Of a stretch of 64,000 nt of DNA, positions 17,822 to 26,101 are shown in pieces. Within the stretch, counting starts at the first letter, position 1; every line of letters begins with the position of its first letter. Under the pieces are notes generated by a model. The model searched no databases. It was given only the letters and a program-made list of their open reading frames with translations, and was not told the origin of the DNA. Origin of the DNA: a virus (Duplodnaviria; Caudoviricetes); the IMG/VR virus record IMGVR_UViG_3300044506_000032, positions 9,814-73,813 of that record. The stretch is one strand, 5' to 3'. The position numbers and the translations under genes were made by a program.

Positions 17822-17832
17822 ATGGCCAAATG

Positions 17833-18033
17833 TCACGCAGCCCGGTCGCCGACCAGCAGGTCTCCGTCCGTGAGCGCGAGAATGCCGCGATCCAGGTCGA
17901 TCACGCGGAGAAGTAGGCCGTGCTCGGCGAGGATCTCGGTGGCTCGGCCGCGGAGCTCGACGGGCACGAGGAGCGTGTACTGGTGGTACCAGCCGTCGCG
18001 GGGACTGCTCCGAAATACGACCTTCTCGGACAT
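17833..18033 (-). CDS. Hypothetical protein
   Basis: ATG 18033; protein-like composition. Confidence 0.35.
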   Translation of the reverse strand: MSEKVVFRSSPRDGWYHQYTLLVPVELRGRATEILAEHGLLLRVIDLDRGILALTDGDLLVGDRAA

Positions 18034-18086
18034 GCCAGGAATAACGGTCACAGTCACCGGTGCATGCCCCCAACGCGTGCGACCCC

Positions 18087-18108
18087 TGTCACAGGCCACC
18101 CCTACCCT
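18087..18108 (+). promoter_or_regulatory. RecA-NDp/PafBC-like promoter
   Basis: TGTCAC-N10-TACCCT, 6 nt before ATG 18115. Confidence 0.55.
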
Positions 18109-18114
18109 GCGCCC

Positions 18115-18660
18115 ATGACATCCTCCGCTGCCGACAGCACCGGCCACTGCTCGAAGTGCGACGCCGGCCCCGAAAGGCTCACCTGGGGACATTGCCGGGC
18201 CTGCTGGGCAGCAGTCGTCAGGAAGCGCGGCGAGCGCATGGGCGCTGGCCCGACCGCCCTGTACCGGCTGTTCAACGAGTGGGGTGACCTGCTGTACATC
18301 GGCACCACCGTGGATCCCGCCGCCCGCTGGAAGGATCACCGCAAGCGGATGCCCTGGTGGTACCAGGTCGACCACTCCCGCACGCGGATCGAGTGGCTCG
18401 AGTGCGGCCACGTGGCGGCCCTGCGGCCCGAGCGGGAGGCGATCACCGCTGAACTACCTTGGTACAACCGCGCCGTGTACCAGTTCAACGATGACGGCAC
18501 CGAGGTGTGGCCGAACCTGCCGCCCGGCTGTCCGCCTCAGCCCTGGTACACGCACCGGCCGAAGGCGGAGTACCGGCCGGTGTGGCGCGAGTGGTTCGTG
18601 ATCTTCCGCGACTGCATGCTGAACCCGGAGGAACGCTCAGCCCTGGGCCGCCTCGCGTGA
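18115..18660 (+). CDS. GIY-YIG nuclease family protein with N-terminal Zn finger
   Basis: CSKC..HCRAC; TALYRLFNEWGDLLYIGTT..RW..H; ERxAI..ELPWYN. Confidence 0.8.
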   Translation: MTSSAADSTGHCSKCDAGPERLTWGHCRACWAAVVRKRGERMGAGPTALYRLFNEWGDLLYIGTTVDPAARWKDHRKRMPWWYQVDHSRTRIEWLECGHVAALRPEREAITAELPWYNRAVYQFNDDGTEVWPNLPPGCPPQPWYTHRPKAEYRPVWREWFVIFRDCMLNPEERSALGRLA

Positions 18661-18784
18661 GGCCGCGTGCGGCCCGTAGGTGGCCGAACAGGCGGCGGAG
18701 GCAGCCCGGGGCCAACCGGGCCCTGAAAGCGCCTCAGGGGCGCCACCGTGACGCGCGGACGGCTGCCGCGGCCGCCCGCGCCCG

Positions 18785-19024
18785 TCACTCCCACTCCGGT
18801 CGATGCCGGATAGCAGTGATGGAAGCGAGTGTTCCGCTGACGCTGTCCCCGGCAAGCGAAGTGAACGTGAACCCCGCAACCGCATACGGGTCAACCAGGG
18901 CTTCGAGGGAATCGGCGGCACCGTAGCGATAGTGCTCGATCTCGAAGGAGCCGGCTTGGACTTCGTGCCAGCCGTCATCAAGCTGCACGGCGGTCACCTT
19001 CGGGGGCCTGATCTCGATGTTCAT
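18785..19024 (-). CDS. Hypothetical protein
   Basis: ATG 19024; beta-rich composition. Confidence 0.5.
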   Translation of the reverse strand: MNIEIRPPKVTAVQLDDGWHEVQAGSFEIEHYRYGAADSLEALVDPYAVAGFTFTSLAGDSVSGTLASITAIRHRPEWE

Positions 19025-19148
19025 GCGGCACATCCTGCCGCGTTGCGCCCGAGAGCCGCGGCGGATTCGCAATCACACGCCCGAGCTGCTAAAGGAAGCG
19101 CCCCCGGGAGCCGATGCCTGAGTGAGGATCTCTGCCGAGGAGAGGCGC

Positions 19149-19427
19149 ATGCAGCTGAAGCTGACCGACCTGGTGGGTCGCGAGATCACGCTCGACGACG
19201 AGGACGAGGAGTGGAGGGAAAGCAATCCCTATATCTACCGAGACCGCCGGACGTACTACCGCGGCCGGGTCCTCGCCGTTCAGGTGGCCAACCCGCCGTC
19301 CTTGACCATCCTCAACGCCCGAACCCAGCGGGAACTCAAGCTCAACCCGGATAACTGGACGATCAGGGACGCCGTGACAGACGAACTCCTCACGCCGCTG
19401 GGCGACCTCGACCCGCGCCCCGCCTAG
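19149..19427 (+). CDS. Hypothetical protein
   Basis: GAGGAGAGG RBS. Confidence 0.6.
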   Translation: MQLKLTDLVGREITLDDEDEEWRESNPYIYRDRRTYYRGRVLAVQVANPPSLTILNARTQRELKLNPDNWTIRDAVTDELLTPLGDLDPRPA

Positions 19428-19498
19428 CTCGGCTCGTCGCAGTGGGCGGGTGTGCCGCGCAGTGGCAGACACGCGGCACACCCCGGGGCGGTCGGTTG

Positions 19499-20299
19499 CT
19501 ACGCCGCGTCCGTGAAGCAGCCGCAGCCACCCCAGTCGTCGCGGTCGAAGAGAGACGGCTGGCGGTCGTTGCCAGCCTCGATGCGCTGACGGAGCGCGGT
19601 GAGCGTGAGCGGCTTGGTGTCGCCGCCGGTGCGGTCGCGCAGGATGCTGACGTCCTTGCCGAGCTTCGCCCGCATCCGCTCCTCGAACGCCTCGGCCTTC
19701 GCGTACCGGGCAGGGAAGACGGCCAGCAGCTGCGCCCACTGCGCCTGACCGCCCTTGACGCATGCACCGCCGCAATTGTTGTGCTCGAAGCCGAGTTCGT
19801 ACAGGCGAGGCCGGCGGATGCCAACACTCCTGGCCTCGGCGAAGAGGTCGTGCTTGTCGCGGTACGGGGGTCGGGTGAGCGGAAAGTCGACGGTCCAGGG
19901 CGCCCAGCCGGCGACGATGCCGGGGATGCGGTGGGTTTCGGTCCAGTCGATGCCGACGTGCAGTGTGGTGTCGGCGGGGTCGGTGTTGGCGGTCAGCCAG
20001 GCCCGGCATGGGTCCTGCTTCAGCGCGTGGGAGCACTGGGCGATGCGGGTGTTCCCGATCCACTGCTTGTCTTCGAACACCTGCCAGGGGTCGCGTTCGG
20101 CGGCGTCGGCGACGCGGACGATCTGCATGCCGAGCTGGGCGCTGGCCTCGGCGTTGAACCGGTGGAGGTCTTCGTCCTCGGCGTTGGTGTCGGCAAAGAG
20201 CAGGGTGGTGCTGTCGGTGCCGTGCTCTTCGATGACGTGGCGGGCGGTGGCCCAGCTGGTGATGCCGCCGGACCACATCACGACGTGTCGGGTGGTCAT
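19499..20299 (-). CDS. PAPS-reductase-like PP-loop (AANH) protein
   Basis: VVMWSGGITS PP-loop, LLFADT..ED, CSHALK, PRLYELGFEHNNCGGACVK, C-terminal GCGCF. Confidence 0.75.
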   Translation of the reverse strand: MTTRHVVMWSGGITSWATARHVIEEHGTDSTTLLFADTNAEDEDLHRFNAEASAQLGMQIVRVADAAERDPWQVFEDKQWIGNTRIAQCSHALKQDPCRAWLTANTDPADTTLHVGIDWTETHRIPGIVAGWAPWTVDFPLTRPPYRDKHDLFAEARSVGIRRPRLYELGFEHNNCGGACVKGGQAQWAQLLAVFPARYAKAEAFEERMRAKLGKDVSILRDRTGGDTKPLTLTALRQRIEAGNDRQPSLFDRDDWGGCGCFTDAA

Positions 20300-20405
20300 G
20301 TGGTGCGCCTGCTTTCAGGTGGTTTGTGGCTAATTGTCCCGCATTTTTGGGCGTGCAGGTAGGGCCATGGCGTGCCAACTTGGCTGGCCAGGGGCGGAGT
20401 TCGGC

Positions 20406-21803
20406 TCAGCTGGGCTCTTCATCGCGGGTGAAGTCGACGAATTTCGAGTAGTGCAGCAGAGCGCCCACGGTGATCGTGGCCGTCGGCCCGTTGCGGTGCT
20501 TGCCAACGATCAGGTCAGCCTCGCCGGAGCGCGCGGACTCCTTGTCGTAGGCGTCCTCGCGGTGCAGCAGGATGACCATGTCGGCGTCCTGCTCGATCGA
20601 GCCCGACTCACGCAGGTCAGAGACCACGGGCTTCTTGTCGGCGCGCTGCTCCGGCCCGCGGTTCAGCTGCGACAAGGCGACCACCGGCACGCCGAGTTCC
20701 TTCGCGAGGTTCTTCAGCCCGCGGGAGATGTCCGACACCTCGAGCTGCCGCGTCTCCGCCTTCCCCGCGCCCGAGGACATGAGCTGCAAGTAGTCGACGA
20801 CGATCAGCCCGAGCTTGTGCTTCTGCGCGAGCCGCCGGGCCTTCGTACGGATGTCCATCCCGGTCAGGTTCGACGACGTGTCGATGTACAGCGGCGCCGC
20901 GGTGATGTCCGGGATGCGGTGGGCGATCCGGGTCCACTCGTCGTCGCTCAGCTCGCCCTTGCGGATGTGGCTCAGGTTGACGCGGGCTTCAGCGGACAGG
21001 AGCCGGTCCTGGATGTCGGTGCGGTCCATCTCCAGCGAGAAGACCAAGGTCGGCAGCTTCTGCTGGATACCTACGGCCCGCACGAAGTCGATGGCCAACG
21101 TCGACTTACCCATCGCCGGACGCGCCGCGATCACAATCATCTGACCGGGCCGCAGACCGCCCGTCAACGCGTCCAGGTCCGCAAACCCGGTGGACACGCC
21201 CACAAGCTTGCCCTTGCGCTGCGCCCGCTGCTCCAACTCGTCCAGGTGCGGCTCCATCGTGTCCGCGACCAGCAGCATCTCCTCCTCCGCGCGCTGATCG
21301 GCGACGGTGAACAGCTCCGACTGGGCGGCGTCCACGATCTCGGCAACCTCACCCTCGCCTGCGAGCGCCATCCCCTTGATCCGGTCCCCGGCCTGGGCCA
21401 GCCGGCGAAGCACGGCCTGCTCGTGAACGATCGTCGCGAAGTACTCGGCGTTCGCCGCGGCCGGAGTCGCCTGGACACAGCCGTGCAGGTAGCCGGGGCC
21501 GCCGGCCCGCACCAGGTCGCCCCGCTTCTCCAACTCGCTGGCCACCGTGATCGGGTCGATCGGCTTGTCGGCGGTGAACAAGCGGACGATCGCCATGTGG
21601 ATCGTCTCGTGCCCACGCCGGAAGTAGTCCCGCGGCTTGAGGGTGCCGCAGACGTCCCCGATGACGTCGCGGTCGAGCATCATCGCGCCGAGGACGGCCT
21701 GTTCGGCTGCGAGGTCGTGCTTGCCGTTGTCGGGGATGGTCTGGCCGTCGGGGCCCTGCTCGTTCGGGTCTTCGGCGGGGGGTTCGACGAGGTACACGGG
21801 CAC
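20406..21803 (-). CDS. dnaB: Replicative DNA helicase DnaB
   Basis: AEQAVLGAMM, IAARPAMGKST (Walker A), FSLEM, IVVDYLQLM, ALSQLNR, SDLRESGSIEQDAD, KHRNGP. Confidence 0.97.
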   Translation of the reverse strand: MPVYLVEPPAEDPNEQGPDGQTIPDNGKHDLAAEQAVLGAMMLDRDVIGDVCGTLKPRDYFRRGHETIHMAIVRLFTADKPIDPITVASELEKRGDLVRAGGPGYLHGCVQATPAAANAEYFATIVHEQAVLRRLAQAGDRIKGMALAGEGEVAEIVDAAQSELFTVADQRAEEEMLLVADTMEPHLDELEQRAQRKGKLVGVSTGFADLDALTGGLRPGQMIVIAARPAMGKSTLAIDFVRAVGIQQKLPTLVFSLEMDRTDIQDRLLSAEARVNLSHIRKGELSDDEWTRIAHRIPDITAAPLYIDTSSNLTGMDIRTKARRLAQKHKLGLIVVDYLQLMSSGAGKAETRQLEVSDISRGLKNLAKELGVPVVALSQLNRGPEQRADKKPVVSDLRESGSIEQDADMVILLHREDAYDKESARSGEADLIVGKHRNGPTATITVGALLHYSKFVDFTRDEEPS

Positions 21804-21820
21804 GTGGGTCTCCTGGGTGG

Positions 21821-22798
21821 TCAGGCCGCGGCGGGTGCGGCGTCGGGGTGGCATTCGGTGCAGCGGCGTCCGTCGCGGGCGCGCCAGTGCTTGTTCTTCG
21901 CGGCGGCCGGGTTCTCGGCCAGGCAGGCCGGGCAGGCGGGCGGGAGCAGGCTGGGCGGGCGGTACACGGTCGCGTAGGGCAGCAGGTTCGGGATGCGCTT
22001 CTTGGCGAGGATCTCGGCGGGGTTGTTCATGCCGCCGGGGTTGGTGCAGATCGCCGCGGCGAGTTGGTCGTTGATGGGCCAGCCGAGCCGGTTGGCGGTC
22101 TCGGCGAGTTGGGGGGCGATGGCGGCTGCGTCGGCTGGGCCGAGGGTCCAGGGTGCGGGGAGCCGGCTGAGGAGCAGCTGTGCGCGGTTGATGTTGGGGT
22201 CTGCGGAGCTTCCTCCTCCTCCGTGGTTGCCGGTCGTGGGGGCGGTTCGCTGAGGAGGGAGGGGAGGAGGAGGTTCTACTGACGGTTCAATGACGGTTTG
22301 GCGGACGCCCACGTCCCCCCGCTGTGACGTGGACGTCCCCCCGCTCGTGACGTCCACGTCCGCCCGGACGTCGGCGTCCCCCCGGACGTCCACGTCCGCC
22401 CGCGTGTCACCTGAGCTGGGCTTTCGCCGTCCGCCTCGCGCACGGGAGGACGCCAGCGTCCGGGCGGACGCCCGCGTCCCCTCGTCGTCGCCCGCGCGAC
22501 CACCTGGAACCTTCAGTTCTATCGCCAGGTCGTAGACCTCCGGGCGCTTGTCCGACGGCAGGTGAGCCGTCTTCGACGGGTCCCCGGGGCGGATCAGCTT
22601 GAGCTCGGCCAGGTCCCGAAGATCCCGCCGCACGGACCGCTCGGACTTGCAGGTGTAGGCCGCCAGGGTGGCGAGCGACGGGAACGCGCCGCGCCCCTTG
22701 CTGTCGGCGTGGTTGGCGAGGCCGGCGAGCGTGGCAACGAGCTGGGCGGGCATCGGCGGCGCGTACTTGATGGCCCACTCGATGGCCTCGATGCTCAT
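21821..22798 (-). CDS. HTH replication initiator (lambda O/DnaD-like position)
   Basis: MSIEAIEWA..LANHAD..AFPSLATLA..SERSVRRDL wHTH; internal iterons; adjacent to dnaB. Confidence 0.8.
   Translation of the reverse strand: MSIEAIEWAIKYAPPMPAQLVATLAGLANHADSKGRGAFPSLATLAAYTCKSERSVRRDLRDLAELKLIRPGDPSKTAHLPSDKRPEVYDLAIELKVPGGRAGDDEGTRASARTLASSRARGGRRKPSSGDTRADVDVRGDADVRADVDVTSGGTSTSQRGDVGVRQTVIEPSVEPPPPLPPQRTAPTTGNHGGGGSSADPNINRAQLLLSRLPAPWTLGPADAAAIAPQLAETANRLGWPINDQLAAAICTNPGGMNNPAEILAKKRIPNLLPYATVYRPPSLLPPACPACLAENPAAAKNKHWRARDGRRCTECHPDAAPAAA
22303..22485. repeat. Iteron-like repeats inside the initiator gene (probable origin)
   Basis: Repeated ACGTCCCCCCG, GACGTCCACGTCCGCCCG and GGACGCC units. 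Confidence 0.65.
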
Positions 22799-22871
22799 GT
22801 GAGCTGACTCGATTCGTCGTGCGAATGGATGCAGGGTGCTGCGCCCGACGTTGGCCGGGCGCAGCGGGGCC

Positions 22872-23054
22872 TCAGTGGCTGGCAGGCGGGGTGTTCGGGA
22901 CCGCGGGCGGGTTGCCGGTGACGACGTGCGTCTTCGTGGGCGGCTCGTAGCCGGTCTGCACGTTGGTGTAGCCGAGCTGCTTGGCGGTCTCGGCCGCGTG
23001 CACGGTCGTCGAGGCGGCGCCCGGGGTGCTCGCGGTGATCCGGAAGATGGCCAT
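22872..23054 (-). CDS. Hypothetical protein
   Basis: TGATG overlap with the upstream gene. Confidence 0.5.
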   Translation of the reverse strand: MAIFRITASTPGAASTTVHAAETAKQLGYTNVQTGYEPPTKTHVVTGNPPAVPNTPPASH

Positions 23055-23239
23055 CAGCCGGCCGCCTTCTGTCCGAGGGCGCGGGCGAGGAGACCGCCGA
23101 GGAGGTGCTCGCCGAGCCGGTCGAAGCGGTTGCGGGCGACGGTACGGTCGAGGAGGATCTGCTGGACGCTCAGGCGCGGCGGGGTGGCGGTGCGGCCGAT
23201 CGCGGCGTTCTCGGTCGGCCGGGAGACGAGGGCGCTCAC
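23054..23239 (-). CDS. Hypothetical protein
   Basis: GTGA overlap. Confidence 0.45.
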   Translation of the reverse strand: MSALVSRPTENAAIGRTATPPRLSVQQILLDRTVARNRFDRLGEHLLGGLLARALGQKAAG

Positions 23240-23589
23240 TGCTGGGCCTCCCACTTGCGCTGGGCGGCGGCGAGCTGCGCAACCTGCTTCTCCAGCCCGG
23301 CGAGGAAGTCCCGGAGGCCGGCGATGTGCTGGTCCAGCTCGTGGAGGTTCAGGTCGCCATCGAACGGGCCGTACGAGACGGACAGGCGCGGCTGGGTTTC
23401 GGGGGCGCCGTCCTCGCAAGAGAACAGCTGCGCCGAGGCGAGGGCGTACGGGCTCTCCGACGGTCGGACCGCGGGGATCATGTTCTCGCGACCCCAGTGC
23501 ATATCGTGGATGCCCGCCTCGGCGCACTGGCCGTCCAAGCGGGGGCAGTCGGCGGGGTGGGTAGTGCCAGAGGCAGCAGTAGCTGTCAT
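23236..23589 (-). CDS. DUF6907-like protein
   Basis: HPADCP..C..H..H N-terminus and LNLHELDQHIAGL C-terminus. Confidence 0.55.
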   Translation of the reverse strand: MTATAASGTTHPADCPRLDGQCAEAGIHDMHWGRENMIPAVRPSESPYALASAQLFSCEDGAPETQPRLSVSYGPFDGDLNLHELDQHIAGLRDFLAGLEKQVAQLAAAQRKWEAQQ

Positions 23590-23697
23590 GATGGAGACGT
23601 CTCCAATCTGCACGCGCCTCGGTTACCAGGCCATTTGCGCGTGCGGTGTGATGGATGATTCGAGGGCTCGGTGTTGACGCACCGGGCCCTTGGTCGT

Positions 23698-23946
23698 TCA
23701 GGCGGCGAGCGCCTGGCCGGTCTCGATCGAGACGAGGTCTTCGACCGTCAGGTTGTAGGCGCGGGCGAGGCAGAGCGCGGTCTTGAGGTCGGGGCCGTTG
23801 ATGCGTCGGTGCACGCGGGAGACGACCGCGATGTCGATGCCGGCTCGCCTGCCGATGCGGGTGTAGCTCAGGTCGCCGTCGGGCTTGACGTCCCCGGCCG
23901 CGGTTGCGGCGCTGTGCAGGGCGTCGGCGTTGAAGGTGAGGGTCAT
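23698..23946 (-). CDS. Cro-like XRE HTH protein
   Basis: LSYTRIGRRAGIDIAVVSRV..PDLKTALCLARAY; heads the replication operon. Confidence 0.75.
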   Translation of the reverse strand: MTLTFNADALHSAATAAGDVKPDGDLSYTRIGRRAGIDIAVVSRVHRRINGPDLKTALCLARAYNLTVEDLVSIETGQALAA

Positions 23947-23975
23947 GGGTTTCCCTGGGCGTGAGTGGGTGAGGG

Positions 23976-24042
23976 CTGCACAGCGTTCCTTGTGCTACCC
24001 CAAGGATGGCAGATTCCTTGGGCGTGCACAACTAGTTGTGCA
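23976..24042. promoter_or_regulatory. Operators of the CI/Cro switch
   Basis: CCCAAGGA-N8-TCCTTGGG (23999-24022); perfect palindrome TGCACAACTAGTTGTGCA (24025-24042). Confidence 0.65.
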
Positions 24043-24153
24043 TCCACAATCCACTGATGGGTCGCAGCAAAGCCCCGCCCACCCGTTCCATGTCCGCGCA
24101 CAAACAAGCCGCTATGATGACCGAGCCCAGCCCGCGCAGCCTTGGAGGCCACC

Positions 24154-24558
24154 TTGGACACGACCCCCGCAGGCTTCGGCAAATGGCTTCGTGCCCGCGC
24201 CGCCGAAGCCGGCTTTGACCCAGACGTTCGCGGCAGCCTGTCCGCCCTTGCGACCGCAGCCGGCACAGACCTCGGCCAGACCAGCCGCGCCCTCCAAGGA
24301 AAGATCATCCCCAGCGTCGAGACCCTGCGGGCGTTCGCAGGCCCACTGGGTACCGAGATGACCGAGATGCTCATTCGCTCAGGCAGGCTGGAGCCAGACG
24401 ACCTCCCCCGGGGAACCGTCGTGATCAGTGAAACCGCCGACGTGGCCGCGATTGCCGAGCAGTACGGCGTCCCAGCCGAGCAGCGGGACCTTTTCGGCCG
24501 GCTCGTCGAGGCCGTAGCGCAGCAGCTCGCAACAACCCCGAACCCGACTGGCGAGTAG
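24154..24558 (+). CDS. CI-like immunity repressor (XRE HTH)
   Basis: FGKWLRARA..SLSALATAAGTDLGQTSRAL..PSVETLRAFA..EMLIRSG; GGAGG RBS then TTG; divergent from Cro-like gene. Confidence 0.8.
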   Translation: MDTTPAGFGKWLRARAAEAGFDPDVRGSLSALATAAGTDLGQTSRALQGKIIPSVETLRAFAGPLGTEMTEMLIRSGRLEPDDLPRGTVVISETADVAAIAEQYGVPAEQRDLFGRLVEAVAQQLATTPNPTGE

Positions 24559-24774
24559 CGTTACAGCTCGGCAACTCCCCCGCGCGGCAGGCTGATCGCT
24601 GTCACGCTGCTCCCATCTCGATGCCAGGCGACTGGGAGGCGATGGGTGTGCGCATAGGGCTTGGTTTCGGCTTCGGCCCACTGAGGATCTTCATTCCGCT
24701 CTCCCGAGGCCGTAGGCGCCGTAGGCGACGTCGAGCCACCGCCAGGCGCCGCCGGTAGCTCACCGCCCGAGTGG

Positions 24775-24944
24775 AGCAGGTGCGGAATTCCGTACCTGCT
24801 TGGCCCTGAACATCCCGGATCCGGGATGTTCCTCCAGGCCGACCCGAGATCCCGAATTCGGGATGTTCCCCGTGGGCTACGCCCGTCGGCGCCTGGACGG
24901 CCGCGACCACCTACCGAATTCGGCACCTGATTCGGTAGGTGGTC
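24775..24944. repeat. Cluster of four palindromes/hairpins
   Basis: 24775-24800 (1 mismatch), perfect 24-mer 24808-24831, perfect 16-mer 24849-24864, 15-bp-arm inverted repeat 24905-24944. Confidence 0.85.
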
Positions 24945-25040
24945 CTCCCGTGAGCACGTCGCTGCGCTACCGTTACGACAGTCGGGCCTGCGGCCCGGCC
25001 GCTTGTGAACGCTGCCCCTCAGCGCAGACCAGGAGAACTG

Positions 25041-25331
25041 ATGAGCGAGACCGTCGCCCCCTGGACGATCCAGCGGATCACCGACGCCCTCGGCAGCCCC
25101 GCGGTCCGGCAGCGCTTCCTCGGCGAGCTCAACAGGGCGCAGATCCACGAGATCACCGGGGTCTTCGCGAAGTGGCAGGGCATCGCCGAGCAACTCCTTC
25201 ACGCTGTCGAACGCGCGCACGAATTCCGGGCGGCTGAGCTGGCCGGCGAGCCGATCCCCGGAGACTGGGTCGACATGACCGATCAGATCCGCGAGTGGGC
25301 AGGACAAGCCCAAGCCCGCGGTGCCGCCTGA
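25041..25331 (+). CDS. Putative antitoxin-like protein
   Basis: AGGAGA RBS; WTIQRITDALGS..RQRFLGELN..VFAKW; upstream of a RelE-like gene. Confidence 0.55.
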   Translation: MSETVAPWTIQRITDALGSPAVRQRFLGELNRAQIHEITGVFAKWQGIAEQLLHAVERAHEFRAAELAGEPIPGDWVDMTDQIREWAGQAQARGAA

Positions 25332-25430
25332 TTCTGCGAACCGCCCACCCGCGTCACCGTGAGCGACTAGCCTGTCGCGAGTCGTACCCATAGAGCGCCA
25401 TACGGCGCTGCCGAGCACACGGGACAGCGG

Positions 25431-25679
25431 ATGAGTTACGACCTGCACCTCGACTTTGAGACCCGCACTGTCCTCGGTGACCTGCCGTCGGCGATCCGCG
25501 GCGCGATCTCTGCTGCGTTGATCGATGCGTGTGATGACCCGATCGCGGCGACGCAGCCGCATGGGGAAGTGGACGACGGCATCATGCGGGACCTGGTCGT
25601 CGGCGGCGTGATCGTCGTGGTGTACCTGGGCCATGCGACGAAGGTGATGTCCGTGTTCCAGATCACCGCGCTTACCTGA
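25431..25679 (+). CDS. RelE/ParE-fold-like small protein
   Basis: Y.L.L..helix..ACDDP..TQPHG..MR..VIVVVY..MSVFQI topology; about 82 aa. Confidence 0.5.
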   Translation: MSYDLHLDFETRTVLGDLPSAIRGAISAALIDACDDPIAATQPHGEVDDGIMRDLVVGGVIVVVYLGHATKVMSVFQITALT

Positions 25680-25700
25680 CCTGCGAGCCTCCCGGCGCTC

Positions 25701-25722
25701 TGTCACTGGCCGGCCCTACGAT
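25701..25722 (+). promoter_or_regulatory. RecA-NDp/PafBC-like promoter
   Basis: TGTCAC-N10-TACGAT, 7 nt before ATG 25730. Confidence 0.55.
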
Positions 25723-25729
25723 CGGACAC

Positions 25730-26047
25730 ATGTCCGACCTGCCTGATGACCTGATCCAGTTCCAGCGCGCGATCGACGCGGCCCGTGCCGCGGTCGACGA
25801 GTACGCCGCCAAGATCTCTGCCGAGCGGCGCGCCGAGTTCCCCGATGACGAGCAGATCGTCGAACGGCAGACCTGGGCGCCGGAGCAGGACGCCGAGCTC
25901 GACCGGCTTCGCGCCGCCTACATGGCCGCGTGCCGCGCCAAGTGGGACCACCCAGCGGTCGTGTAGGCGGAGGCCGAGAAGACCCTCCGCGAGCTCGACA
26001 AGAAGCTGATCGCCGCCGCGCGCGCCGAGCAGCCGGCCGCCGGCTGA
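25730..26047 (+). pseudogene. Helical hypothetical protein with in-frame TAG at 25964-66
   Basis: GC3-rich frame continues 26 codons past TAG to TGA 26045-47, followed by a terminator. Confidence 0.5.
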
Positions 26048-26062
26048 CCCCAGACACGACGA

Positions 26063-26095
26063 AGGGCGCCCACCATCGCGGTGGGCGCCCTCTTT
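26063..26095. terminator. Terminator between convergent genes
   Basis: 12-bp stem AGGGCGCCCACC/GGTGGGCGCCCT. Confidence 0.75.
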
Positions 26096-26101
26096 GCTTG
26101 C

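Noticed and set aside
20334-21977. 547-aa plus-strand ORF
   Set aside because: Shadow of dnaB
24775-24944. CRISPR array
   Set aside because: Repeats differ in length and sequence, spacers are irregular, and no cas genes are present
24561-25706. 381-aa minus-strand ORF through the palindrome cluster
   Set aside because: Overlaps two well-supported plus-strand genes; only its 3' part might be a relic linker
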